From Adineta vaga (lineage: Eukaryota; Animalia; Rotifera): a stretch of DNA of 64,000 bases. A program made the position numbers and the translations under genes. Position 1 is the stretch's first letter. Every line of letters starts with the position of its first letter. The notes beneath the pieces were generated by a model. That model had not been told where the DNA came from. It did not search any database and worked only from the letters and a program-made list of their open reading frames with translations. This document shows, piece by piece, positions 1 to 13,361 of the stretch. Location: positions 14,322,001-14,386,000 of the forward strand of contig CP075496.1 of NCBI GenBank assembly GCA_021613535.1. Direction: 5' to 3'.

Positions 1-3000
1 AACGTAAAGGAGAAAAAGTATTGAGTATAATTGGAGATAATGATGAAGCACCAAAAGTAAAACAATCAAAATTAGAAGAAAATACCAATTCAACATCTGA
101 ACAAGATGAAATTCGTTTGAAAAAAGTTTGTTATTGTCTTTTCTAAACAAACATTTCACTCTTTCTTCATAGGAACAAAGTGAATTACTTTGGAAATATA
201 AAGATGCATTAAGAAAAGAAGTACCAAATGATGTTTTAAAAGAATTACTTGAACATAATCAACAAAAAATTGCAACTGGTGAATCTCATGTAAGAAACAT
301 TGCTTATTCTATCTTTCATTTCATTATATTTATATTTCTAGTTAATCGATACTGTTGCTGATTGTATGGCATTCGGTACATTAGAACATTGTCCGGAATG
401 TGGAGGATTTCTTGTATTTGGGTAAATCAGATCATTTTTCTCGAAAAAATATTCATTGTTCTCAATGTGTTATGTTTAGTTACACATGTTATCGTTGTAC
501 AGGTGATGTAACTGAATGGACAAAATGTTCTTATACAACAACAACACCAACACGAAAAGCATTTGATATTCCAAGTGACATTAAAACAGAATATGATGCT
601 TTTAAATCATATAAATATAAAAAACGTGATCGAATCTTGGCGAAAGTCGTGGAAAACCAAGTCACAATCGAAAAAACACCAGAAGTTCCACGAGTTATTA
701 AAGAGTAAAAATTTTTCGATTTTGTTATAGAGTAATTGTTCGTTTCATTTTAGACCAACATATGATTCAAATTTACCATTATCTGGTTATATTGTCGCAT
801 CAGCTGGTCGATTATCAAGTTCAGTTGCAACAATACAAAAGGAAGTTGAACGTTTAGGTGGAACATTTTCATCTAAAATTGATGAAACTGTTGGAATTGT
901 TATTAGTTCACAAGGTATTTCATTTTCTAACAATTTAATCTTTGTTTCATTTTCTGTCTTTGTTCTTTTAGATGAAATTCAAAAGAAGAGTAAAAAACTT
1001 CAAGAAGCTGAATCATTAAATATTCATATTGTATCGGAAGAATTTCTAAAAGAAATTCGAAATGATCGTCCATCAATAATTATGGAAAAATGTAAAATCT
1101 CAACATGGGGAATTTTACCTCATATTCGACAACAAACATCAGCAGATCTGGAAGCAAAAAAGAAATCTGGACGACAAACATTTTCAACAGCATCTGCGAA
1201 ATCTGATGGTAAATTTTTTCGATCATCATCATCGAGATCAATCAATATTTTCCTATTTTCATTTAGCACGATTAAATAAATCAGTACCTGATAAAGTCAA
1301 ATTAAAATTGAAAGATGGAGCTGCAGTTGATCCCGATTCAGGTTTAGAAGATACATGTCATGTTTTAAAAGATACACAAACCAATGGAATCTTTGCTGCT
1401 GTTCTTGGTCTTGTTGATATCACCCGTGGAACAAATTCTTATTATAAATTACAATTATTAGAATCAGATAATGGTCGACAATGGTTTGTCTTTCGAGCAT
1501 GATAAGTTTTATCAATTGATTTCATTCAAAATGTTTTAATTTCTTTTCTTTTTCTACGGGTCGAACAGGTACAATCTATGGTGGAACTAAAGTTGATGAA
1601 TATAGTCGAAAGACAGATGCAATTGATGCATTTCATACGGTCTTTCTTGATAAAACAGGAAATCAATGGACTGAAAGAGACAATTTTCAAAAATTACCAA
1701 ATAAACATTATCCTTTGGAAATCGATTATGGTCAACATGGTGATAATGATCAAATGCAAAAATTACTTGATAGTGCTAATTTAAATATTCAATCAAAATT
1801 ACCTAGTCCTGTTCAAGATCTTGTTAAAATGATTTTTAATGTTGAAACAATGAAACAAGCTTTATTATCATTTGAAATTGATTTAACAAAAATGCCACTC
1901 GGTAAATTATCAAAAAATCAATTAGATAAAGCTTATAAAGTTTTAACTGAATTACAAACATTAATTACAAGTGGTATAACAACATCCAAAACAGCTATTA
2001 TTGATGCAAGCAATCGATTTTATACTTGTAAGTTATTTATTTTATTGAAAGAAATGTAAATGAATATGTTGATTTTTAGTAATTCCACATGATTTTGGTT
2101 TAGCTCGACCTCCTATACTTGATAATGTTGAATTAATTAAAACAAAAACTGAAATGATTGATAATTTATTAGAAATTGAAATAGCTTATTCAATGCTAGA
2201 TGAATCGAATAATGTTGTTGAAAGTAGTGAACATCCAATTGATGTTCATTATAAGAAATTAAAATGTGGTCTTGAACCAGTTGATTATAATTCTGATGAA
2301 TTTAAATTAATTGAAAAATATATGATTAAAACTCATGCGAAAACTCATGATCAATATACATTGAAATTACGAGAATTATTTAAAACAACACGTGATGGAG
2401 AATATGATCGATTTAAAAACTTTCAAACACTTGATAATCATCAATTATTATGGCATGGTTCCCGAACTACAAATTTTGCTGGTATTCTTAGTCAAGGTTT
2501 ACGTATTGCACCACCAGAAGCTCCTGTTGTAAGTCAATTTTTCATCTTTTGATTAATCAATCATGAAATTTGAATTCTTCTAGACTGGTTATATGTTTGG
2601 TAAAGGTGTTTATTTTGCTGATATGGTTTCGAAAAGTGGTAAGTTTCTTTTTTTTTGTCATTTCATTGAATATATATATTCTTTTTCTTAAGCAAATTAT
2701 TGTTTTACAACCAAACAATCACCGGAAGGTTTAATGCTTTTATGTGAAGTTGCACTTGGAAAAATACATGAATGTTATAAAGCAACAAATTTATCTGCAT
2801 CAACATTACCACATGGAACACATTCAACCAAAGGTTGTGGTACAACAATGCCTGATCCAAAAGAACATCATTATACCAATGATGGTGTACTTATTCCAAT
2901 AGGACATGGTGTTCCATCCAATGCTCGACAAACTTCGTTATTATACAATGAATATATTGTTTATAATACAGATCAAGTTAATATGAAATATCTTTTGCGT

Positions 3001-3024
3001 GTGGATTTTCAATACAAATATTAA
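1..3024 (+). CDS. PARP1: Poly(ADP-ribose) polymerase 1, 5'-partial, multi-exon (Zn3/PADR1, BRCT, WGR, regulatory and catalytic domains)
   Basis: Spliced exons give CPECGG...[11 protein letters not shown] (Zn3), a BRCT-like segment, [10 protein letters not shown]...FRAWGRTGT (WGR), [57 protein letters not shown] and LLYNEYIVY (H-Y-E triad). Stop TAA ends at 3024. One intron (1502-1557) is AT-AC. Confidence 0.96.
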
Positions 3025-4531
3025 TAATAACTTCTTTTATTTACTTCTCGAAATTAATTAAATTCCTTTATTTTTTTCTTATCGTTTGTGCGTTTACTAA
3101 AACAAACTTATACAAAGAGAGACATGATTATTAAAAGAAAATTCATCTATTTTCTTTTTTTTTCTTATCTTATCTAAATGATTATTAATTATTGATCTTT
3201 AAAATAAATGACGAAAATAGATTGTGTGTTATTCAAAATTTCATTCGAAGAAATTTAATCGGTATTGTTTTCATTAAAATAAATCGTATTCAAGATTGTA
3301 TCCTTTCATAAATATAGGTTATGAGTAAAACGACTGTCAATTGTATGATTAACTAATCTACGGATTGGATTTGTTTCACTCTACCAAGTAAAAGAACTTC
3401 ATCCATGTTTAATAACATATTGAAATTTAGAGATTTTAATCTTGAAAAAAGTTCGCATTTAAGGATCATTTATGAATAAAAAAGAGGGTGCGGGTGTGAC
3501 TATGGGTGTGATAGTGGATATTAGATAGATGTAGCACATCCACCCACACCCCGATATTCTTTCATTATCACGAATACACAAATCATTATTTTAACGAATA
3601 TTCGGTCGCTAATATATATTACGAAGTAAATATCATGAACTAAATTTACTCAATGGACAACCACATATTGATTGAGTATATTTACATATTCAATACAGAG
3701 ACAAGCAAATGAACAATAACATTATTACGAATAGGACAATATCATCTAGACCGTTCTGAATTACGATGACAATAATATTTAATTGTATTTGTATGTTTTG
3801 TACAAATACGATTTGCACTACAAGAGAATTTTTGACGACATCGATTAGGATTCATTGAAATAAAATTCTGATGGTACTGTTGAGTGAACATATATTTTAT
3901 CAATGCAGTGTGAATTCACAACACTTTTCTTTCTCGATAAATAATTATATAAAAATTTCTGATTTTCCGTCGCAAAGATCTCACAATCTGTAGATTAGGA
4001 AAAGAAATAATTCAAACACAAAATTAAAAACTATGCTATGATGTAGCTAGATGATGACTCATCTATATAAAGGCTGACAAATCACCTCGTCCGTCGAAGT
4101 GCTGCACGACAAAGTGCTTCTTGATCCTGGCGAATTTATTACAATTAGTAAAGATAGAACTTTTCATTGTACGATTAATATCACTTAAATAATCACGCAA
4201 CGAATATTTGAAAGAGTTTTTCAAGAAATTTTATGTACTAAGCGGCAATGTTTTTTTTCGTTCTACGATATTTCGTTTAAAAGTGAATAGATTGTTGACA
4301 ATATTCTACGATAGTTTATGGCAAAGAAAGAGGAAAGATAATAAATTGACACGATTTTCTTGTGAATATATGTGCGTACATTCTGTACTTATCTATTATA
4401 TTACGTACCAACTTCGATTCACGTGTATACAATGATCTTAGTCTATTCCACCATTAGTCACTATTGAATATAGGTCTCGTTTTTATTTCAGATAATTTTA
4501 TAGTGTTTCAAATGACTAGCAACATCAACAG

Positions 4532-4667
4532 TACCCAGGTCGAAAAATCCGAGCCAGATCCCGCCGGAATCAGAACATTCCGGCAATTTCATGGAAGCAG
4601 GATTCCGAACCAGATATTTTCGGATTTTTCCGTGCGGATCCGTAGCCGGGAAACATCGTCCTGGGTA
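4532..4667. mobile_element. Small MITE-like element
   Basis: GC-rich 136-bp island in AT-rich DNA, bounded by inverted termini TACCCAGG...CCTGGGTA, with internal inverted motifs (GAAAAATCCGA / TCGGATTTTTC). Confidence 0.6.
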
Positions 4668-6593
4668 TAGATAACCGTTTACGTTTGTAGGTACAATATT
4701 AATTTCGTGTTCTATTTATTATTACACTTCTCATTTTCACTTTTTTCTAGTCAACAATGAGTAAGTTTTGTTTAAAAAAACATTCAAACTACACAATAGA
4801 CGTCGAATGCAACTGGTCATGTTCTCATTCATTCTTTTTCTTTCTTACGTCCATGAAGATAAAGTCATATGACCTAAAAAAATTCATTAGCCAATTAAGA
4901 CACAATACATAAAACATGTAAAATGAAGCTGCATCAACATAAGTTATTTCCTTTATTATAAGCAGAAATTTGTCCTTCTGTTATGGCTATCGATCCCGTA
5001 AGTTTGTTTTTAGCACTCATTTCAGTGCTTCTCGATTCGTATTAATACGCTCAATCACAACACAAACGAACCATGTGCGAAACAAGACAGTTTGTTCTTA
5101 GTGATTAATGATTAAGCAATGAAAAAATGTGCCATCGATTTTATTTAGATATTAAAATATTGAACGATCTGATGAATAGTAAAGATAATGAATTGAAATG
5201 ATTAGTTCCTATACATTTTTGTTAAATAATGATTAATCAGAGAACACTGTCGTATGTTTGATAGTTTCCGTTAATAGAAAATAGAACTTCTATATAATTA
5301 CTAGAGAATTTTCACCAATGATCTGCATGACCACATGAATGTTTACTTGCCAATGAAATAGTTTTTTTCCATCTAACTATGAAATAACTATTTTCTCGTT
5401 TATTTAGCTCGAACAACTGGTACAGCAAATTTACGAAATCGACACATTCGTAAACAATCTGTTGTTGAAAGCAGCTAATGGTCAAGTTATCACGGTCGCT
5501 GAATTGCAAAGGTTATTAAAAGATGCTGCAGCACGACCATTACTTTATGAAGAAAAGGAACGTATACGACAAGGTATGTCACTGCTGCCGAGCTTTCGAA
5601 AAATTCATTGGAAACATGGTTGAATTTTTAGAGCGTAATCGATTGGGTGCTATCGTCGATCAATAGTTTGATTGTGAACGTTTGGCAGTTGATAAATTTA
5701 TTCATTAGGTTTCTCATTTCTTTGTTCGTTAGTTTTCTTATGTCTTCCTTCAACTATTATTTCATGCTCAACATACTACATATTAAAAAATAAAAGCAAA
5801 AGTTGTCATTTTGGTCTGTAATCAAACAGTGCTTTATCTATGTTTTTTCTTTTGATAAATAAATCACAGTTCTAGTAAAGAAAAACTACTATATACACAA
5901 ATCAATGCGACTACGAAAATTTATTTGAGTTTTTTTCCAAAGAGAATCATTCATACTATTTATGTGTCTATATTCAGAAGTCGATAACTCGTCACAATTG
6001 TGACTTTTTTCATTACTCGATACTCTAGTAGGATCCGTTAATAATCGTTTTTTTCCTATGAATTCTTTGAGAAAGTGTCGAACAGTTCATATGTCTGAGA
6101 AGTCAAACTTTGTTTTGACGGCGATCATGGATAGATGCTAATAAGAACGAGAGATGCCAGTATGTGGGAGACTATTTCAGTTAAACGAATTGAACTATGA
6201 AATTTAGATTCACAGTATATTTATATATATATATGTGATAATGAAGAAGAATTCTGATCTTTTCCTGCATTAATATGCCGTGTCTATCATGATAACTACA
6301 AAAACCATCCATGAATCTATCTGAATATTGGACTTCTTTTTCACGTATAAATAATCCAATTTCTTCTTTTAAATATAGGGTTATTTATGAATTATGAAAA
6401 CCTGTAATTATTTTAATAACTTTAATCATTGAAAAAAGCATGTGAATTAAAAATAAGTTCATACAAGATAACTTGCCTTGTTAAAATACATCCTTCATCC
6501 TTTCGAATCTCGATTGATCTAATGAATGAATCTTTTCTTTTTTACCATTACATTTCATCTAGATTTCAACGGTTGACTTATTTGAATGAATAT

Positions 6594-6960
6594 TACATCA
6601 AAAATCGTTGAAACTGTTGGAGTTGTTATTAGTTCACAAGGTATTTCATATTGTATCAGAAGAATTTCTAAAAGAAATTCGAAATGATCGTCCATCAATT
6701 ATAATGGAAAACTGTAAAATCTCAACATGGGGAATTTTACCTCATATTTGACAACAAACACCTGCTGATCTTCAAGAAAAAAAGAAATCAGAAAGACAAT
6801 CATTTCCAACAGTATCAGCCAATTCTGATAGTAAATTTATCGATTAATCATTGAAATTAATTTCTTTTTTTTTATCTTATCTAAATGATGAAACTAGATT
6901 GTATGTTATTCAAGATTCTTGAAGATGAATTCAATATTTCATTGAGAGAAATTGAATCAT
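6594..6960 (+). pseudogene. Decayed, internally deleted duplicate of PARP1 (BRCT-region exons plus 3' UTR piece)
   Basis: Matches 870-925 and 1023-1215 of PARP1 with a CGA>TGA nonsense change at 6749-6751, then continues into sequence resembling the PARP1 3' flank (3150-3240). Confidence 0.85.
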
Positions 6961-7953
6961 TCATTTTTTATTAGAATAAATCAAATAAAAAAAAAGAATA
7001 TCAAATTTTATGATTAATTAATTTACCGGTTGAATTTATTTATTTTTATTCTATAAACTAAGATTTTTATCATTGTTTAAGTACATATTGTTATTTAGAA
7101 ATTTGAGAATCATTTATGGATAAATACTCTTCTATATCAGATATACCGAATGGAACACAAATATAACATAAATCTTCATCTCAGAAAATGAGAACATTTG
7201 TATTCTTTTTTCAAAAGATGCGCAGTGAAAAATTTCTTGTAGTTAGTTTGGATGATGTTTTTTTTCATTAAACAGGATTAAAGTACATGGTCACGTTTTA
7301 TTTCAACGTGATAAAAATGTATGAAAGACTTAGTTTTACTATGGTGAAATCTATTTATACAATGTCATCATTTCGTCAACTACAAATACTTCAAAAAAAA
7401 AAAAGAACAAATTTATGATACTGACTAAGAGAAACTTTTCTGTATTTTTCTTTGTGCAGCTTTTCATCTCCTGAGATAGAGATATATAGAAAACTTTATT
7501 CTCATCCGATATGTTTATTTTATTGTTTTACGTCTCTGTGATAGTGAAGAAAAGAAAACAATTCGTTTTCTAAGGAAGATTTTTGAATAAACTTTATTCT
7601 TAAGAAATTCGATGTCATATTAATTAAGGTACTTTTCTTTTTTAAATCTACGATATATTCACCTACTTAACATAATGATGTAGAAATTAGCTCTCGGGGA
7701 CATTTTCATAAAAGAAAACATGATTTATATAATTCTATTATATATTCGAATTGTATAGAGAAGGAGAAAGAACACTCATAAAAGTTAGAAGTAACTCGAA
7801 CAGAATAAAAAACTAATATTTAATAACCTGCAGAATTTCCTCAGATTATTCTTATACTACATTATTTAAATTACGTGCTTTACTTATACTTATTTCTATT
7901 CCTACACAATTATCTCTTTTATCAATAAGAATAAAAGTTATTTCATAACCTAA

Positions 7954-9298
7954 ATGACATCAACAAGCGAAGTATCAAATCTCGCAAATATTTTCAGCAA
8001 TATTCGTACACATCTTGCTATTTATGTTTATTGTCCATTATTTGTTATTGGAAATATTGGTAATATTCTTAATATGATTATCTTTACTCGAGAATCATTA
8101 CGTACAAATGCATGTCCAATTTATTTTCTTCTTGTATCTATTTTTAATCTTATTACAATCAATATTGGTTATTTTACAAGAATATTACCGTTGTTAAATG
8201 TACCAGATCCATCTCGTAATATCGCTTGGTATTGTAAAGGTCGTGCTTATATAACAGGATTATCATTAACACTTACACGTCATTTTTTATGCGTAATTGC
8301 AATTGATCGATTTTTAATAACATCAACTCGTGTTTCACTACGACAATTAAGTTCTTTCAAAACAGCTAAATGGATTATTTTAATAAGTTGTACAAGTTGG
8401 GCTATTTTTTATATTCATACTATATTTGGTTATGAAAATACACGTGGTGGAACAAGTTGTGGTCGACAAGCAGGTTTTTATAGTACATTTACAACAATAT
8501 GTACGATAAGTATTGATGCAATTCTTCCGATTGTTATTATGACAACATTTACTTTACTTATGTTAAAACATGTTCATGCAATGCAATTACGTCAAGCAAA
8601 AGCTGTTCTTTTTCGGAAAAGAAATCTTATTATTCCTATAACAAATATCAATAGTATTCAAAATAGTAGAAATCAAGAAGAAAATAATCATCGTAGAATT
8701 GAACAACAAAAAGAAAATCAATTAAATAGATTTTCACTTATACAAATCTTTATTTATATTATATTTAATTTACCAAATGCGGTTTATGTTGTTTATATGT
8801 TAGTTGCCACGAATGACAAGAAAACAGCTGATCAAATCGCAATAGAAAGTTTTGTTAGTTCATTTGTGTCTATTATGACATTTATTTATTGTACGGTAAG
8901 AACAATTTTTAGTTAATAGGTCAATTTATTAGTCTCAGGCATTTACGTGTTATACTAAATAACATCAGGAGAAAAGATTTACAGCTTCAATTTGACATTA
9001 ACAATATTGAATGCTTCAGCTATGTTCTTTTAAAATTAAATCTTAGAAAGGTTATAAAATAATTAACAATAACGAGATGTTCGTAATTCCCCTCGGATGT
9101 ATTTACTAAGATAGAGAATATTAAAGAATATAGATCTTGAATTTACTTGAATTCGTTTATATTTCTGTTGTTTCTTTTTTTTAGTTGAATTTTTACATTT
9201 ATACATTATCATCAAGAACATATCGTAGGAAAACAAAACAAATTCTTCGACAATGTTTCAATTTACGACAAACACGAATCTTTCCTTTTCAAAATTAA
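7954..9298 (+). CDS. Class A (rhodopsin-like) 7TM GPCR, 2 exons (7954-8895, 9185-9298)
   Basis: GNIGNILN in TM1, IAIDRF (DRY-like), seven hydrophobic segments. Donor gtaaga at 8896; exon 2 supplies LNFYIYTLSSRTYR (NPxxY/helix 8 equivalent). Confidence 0.88.
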
Positions 9299-9768
9299 TA
9301 TAAAAACTCTCTTTAAACTGGATTCTTAATCGAAAAAACGAATAATATTTTATGTTGTGCAAATAAATGATCAGAGGAAAAAATTAGATTCGAAAAACTC
9401 TCAAAATGAGCACCCAGTTAATCCAAAACTTCTATAAAATCAACCAAATTTCCATTGATCATGAGAGTATTCTTATATGCTTATAAAAGTATAAGATATT
9501 TTACTAAATATTAACAGATTGTCATACTCTAATCTACGAAATTTATCATGATTCACTAGGATCTCTATATATTGTTTCTCAAGCGTCGATGATATAATTG
9601 GAAGTCAATATCAACCAATAAAAACACAGAAATAATCATAGAGGTTTGTTTTCTTCTTCTATTTGATCAAACGAACACGAACATCACATTACTATTTGTT
9701 TTTTTTCGTAATTCTAAATTTGTAATGAGTCTATTTGATTTATTTTGTAGAAGAAAAAGAAGATCAAG

Positions 9769-10521
9769 ATGCCTAAATCTAAACGAGCACAACGTATAAC
9801 AATATCGAAATCATCGAAAAAATTAAAAGCAAATCGTGGTCTGGAATTGAAACAAGATTTAGTGAAGAAAATTCGTACACGTCTTGACGAATGTTCACAT
9901 TTATTTGTTGTTCGTCTTTATAATGAACGTACAGATAAATTACAAACAGTTCGGGCACATTTTCCACGATCAGAATCTTCATATTTTTTCTTTGGAAAAA
10001 ATCGTGTTATGCAACTTGCTCTTGGTCGAACACCAGCAACTGAATATTTACCATCATTAGCAAAAGTATCCCCATATCTCATCGGAAAAATGGGTTTAAT
10101 GTTAACAAATCGATCACCACAAGAAGTTTTAGAATATTTTAATAAATTAGAAATGGAAGATTATGCAAGAGCTGGAAATCGTGTTAAAGAAACGGTGATT
10201 ATTGAAGAAGGAGCATTAGATGGTTTTCAACATACAATGGAACCTTTATTAAGATCATTAGGTTTAGCAACAACATTACAAAAAGGTATTATTCATTTAC
10301 TTAAACCATTTACAATTTGTTCAAAAGGCGATACATTAACACCAGAACAAGCGAAATTATTAAAATTATTTCAACGTCCTTTGGCACAATTTAAAATCAA
10401 AGTTAAAGCTCATTGGAATAAAAAAACTGAAAATGTTCAAGTTTTTGATATACAAGAAAGTGAAGAAGAAGAAGAAGATAACGATGAAGAACAACAAATG
10501 GATGATAATGAAGATAATTAA
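9769..10521 (+). CDS. MRTO4: Ribosome assembly factor MRT4 (RPLP0-like)
   Basis: MPKSKR start, FFFGKNRVMQLALG, DYARAG, LTPEQAKLLKLF and an acidic tail; intronless 250 aa. Confidence 0.95.
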   Translation: MPKSKRAQRITISKSSKKLKANRGLELKQDLVKKIRTRLDECSHLFVVRLYNERTDKLQTVRAHFPRSESSYFFFGKNRVMQLALGRTPATEYLPSLAKVSPYLIGKMGLMLTNRSPQEVLEYFNKLEMEDYARAGNRVKETVIIEEGALDGFQHTMEPLLRSLGLATTLQKGIIHLLKPFTICSKGDTLTPEQAKLLKLFQRPLAQFKIKVKAHWNKKTENVQVFDIQESEEEEEDNDEEQQMDDNEDN

Positions 10522-11294
10522 TTTCACCGTTTCTTTTTTCTTTTGTTTTGTTATTTCATATGAATATATTAAAATATTCTAATAGAAAGAAAACCATTCA
10601 GATGATGGTTATCGACTGTTTCGAAATCAATTCTTTTTTTAATCGTTCAGAGACGTATTACTAAAACAAAGAAATGTTTTTGTATGTTATTATTTATGAT
10701 CTAATGATTTAATTGAAAAAGAATTCATTTGAGATAATCCGTTTCCGTTCTTTTAATTTACTGATCAGAAAACTGCTCTGATTTCATCTCACTCGATGAT
10801 TCGTAGTAATTTTAGAGAATACTTCTGTAGATGGCACCAAAGACATATTTTGTTTCGTGATTCTTTCGGTTAAAATATAAGATGAATTAAAAACGGTGTT
10901 CAAAATACTCATAAACATATTCGAAAGAGTCTACAATTTTGTCCATTTCTATCAATTAATAGGATAAATTCATGTCTAAATGAATCATTCGTAACCAATG
11001 GATTCCGATAGTTTTCGGTCGGAATTACGTGAAACCGATACACTTTGATGTATCCATTTTGACCCAGATGAAAGATCTTTAACAACAGGTAGTACGAATA
11101 GTATCGATGTACATTTTTTCCTTCAGATTGAACATTATATAATATGAACTGAAAACCAATACATTAATATATCTTAATTGATTTAATTATACCAGCTATT
11201 TATCTGTATCTATATTTCAAACAATCAATAAATAAAACGAAATTATTGTCTAACGGAAGATCTAAACAAACACTAAAAGAATATCACATTATTT

Positions 11295-11450
11295 AGGATC
11301 CTACAGGTGTGGAAGAGTGTGCATAAAATTTGTAGCAATTGACATTTACCCAACACAATCAGATGCAATTCCGTCATCGGAAATTCTATTGAATAATCAC
11401 AACTCACAAGAACTTGTAGGATCCAGTGTCGGATTTGTAAATCTGAGTTC
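11295..11450. mobile_element. Degenerate MITE-like remnant
   Basis: GGATCCTACA...TGTAGGATCC inverted motifs; terminal TCGGATTTGTAAATCTGAGT resembles the end of the 4532-4667 element. Confidence 0.3.
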
Positions 11451-11726
11451 AAATTCTCGTTCTAATAACGTCTTAAAAATGATGAAAACTTTTCGAAGAC
11501 TAAATAACAATTGAATCATGTTAATGTTATTTGTACTGAGATGTCTTTTCTTCTGATAAAAATCAATCGAATTAGGTTAATTTCCAAAGCATCATTCTTT
11601 TTCTGTTGTTGTCTTTCGTGATATATTTTTAGAAAGAAACAATATCTATATAAATGAGATATCGTGATTGGTGCTAATTGACTATGACAAAAAGATCATG
11701 AAACATAATGAAAAAGAAAACAAAGT

Positions 11727-13361
11727 TTAATCGATATCTTTAAATCTAAAAGCCAAACTTGGTTTTTGCATTTCATAATTAAATCCAATAGGTGGAGTTA
11801 ATTTTGTAATTTCATTAAGAACACATTCGATAAATTGTGTTGTTGTTGCTGTACCACCAATATCTGGTGTTTTGATTTTATGTTCTTGAATTGTATTTAA
11901 AACAGCATTTTTTATCGCTGAACAATGATGTTCCAATCTAATTGAAGAAAGTTTAGAAAAAGCCCAGGAAAATAATTGTATTTTACAAAAAAAATCTTGA
12001 AGAATTTTTACCCTAAATATTTCAACATATTTGCTGCAGCAAAAAGAATTCCTGATGGATTCGCAATATTCTTTCCAGCAATACCTAATCCAGTATTTCT
12101 TGTTCCTTGTTCAAAAATGGCATAATGATCACCATAATTTGATCCAGCAACAAATCCTGATCCACCAACAAGACCAGCACATACATTTGAAATAATATTC
12201 CCATATAAATTTGGCATAACCATAACATCAAATTGTGTTGGTCGATTAACCAATTGCATACATGTATTATCAACAATCATTGTATCAAATTTAATATCAG
12301 GATATTCAGTAGAGATTTCTCGGCAACAATCAATAAATAAACCATCACTTAATTTCCTATGAAAAGAAAAATGCGAAATACAAGATATTAAAAATAAAAT
12401 TTTGTCTTACATGATATTAGCTTTATGAACGGCAGTGACCTTCTTTCGATCAGCATGTTTAGCTATTTCAAAAGCAAAACGAGCAATTTTTAGTGATTTT
12501 GCTCGTGTTATAACTAAAATCAAAGGAATTCAATTGATTGGTTTTCTTTTTAAACAGAAAGTAAATGTTACCTTTAAGACTTTCTACAACTCCTGGAACT
12601 GACTAAAGCAAAAAACAAAAGCACGAAATACAAACGATGAAATTAACTAATAAATTACTTCATGTTCAAGTGAACTGTATTCTCCTTCAGTATTCTGACG
12701 TATAACAAGAATATCAATATCTGAATGACGTGTAGGGACAACAGGACTTGATTTACAACGAATAACATTTGCAAATAAATCCAAGCGAGTTCTAGAAAAA
12801 TGAAAAACGAATTGAAAAGAAAAATTATGTTTGTTAAATGATTTACCGTAAGAGAACATTAAGAGAATTGGTTGTATTTTGTGATGCAATATTTCCTAAG
12901 TGATTTATTTTTTGTTCAGTAAATAAAATCAAGAATAAAAGACAACAAACCTTTAATAGCTATTCCATTACGTTTAACAGCTGTTATAGCACTTTCAAAT
13001 AAGTCATCACTAGCTTCATTACTTGATAAAGGAATATCTTCAAAATCAATTGGTGCTCGAACACATCTAATTGAAAAGATGATTTTTCAATTTATTAAAT
13101 TCAAGTCTTTACCGAATTGCAGCTTTGACATGTTCCATTAATTCAGGTCCAACACCATCTCCATGAATTAATGTAACAGTATATTTTCCTCCATAAGCTG
13201 TTCTCCATGATGTATTAAACTATTAATTATTTAAAAAAGAAACAAAGAATTTCTCCAATTAATAAGTAACAGAAAAGACAAACTTCAGTTGTCGACGATC
13301 GACGTATTGATATAAACGTTGATAATACACGACGAGTATTTAGTTTTAGAATAGATTGCAT
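11727..13361 (-). CDS. IDH3G: NAD-dependent isocitrate dehydrogenase, gamma-type regulatory subunit, multi-exon
   Basis: Basic presequence-like N-terminus, [93 protein letters not shown]. Confidence 0.9.

Noticed and set aside
1500-1502. TGA read as Trp or Sec, or PARP1 as a pseudogene
   Set aside because: Readthrough runs into intron-like sequence and does not restore the frame; an AT-AC intron restores WGR exactly, and other Trp codons here are TGG.
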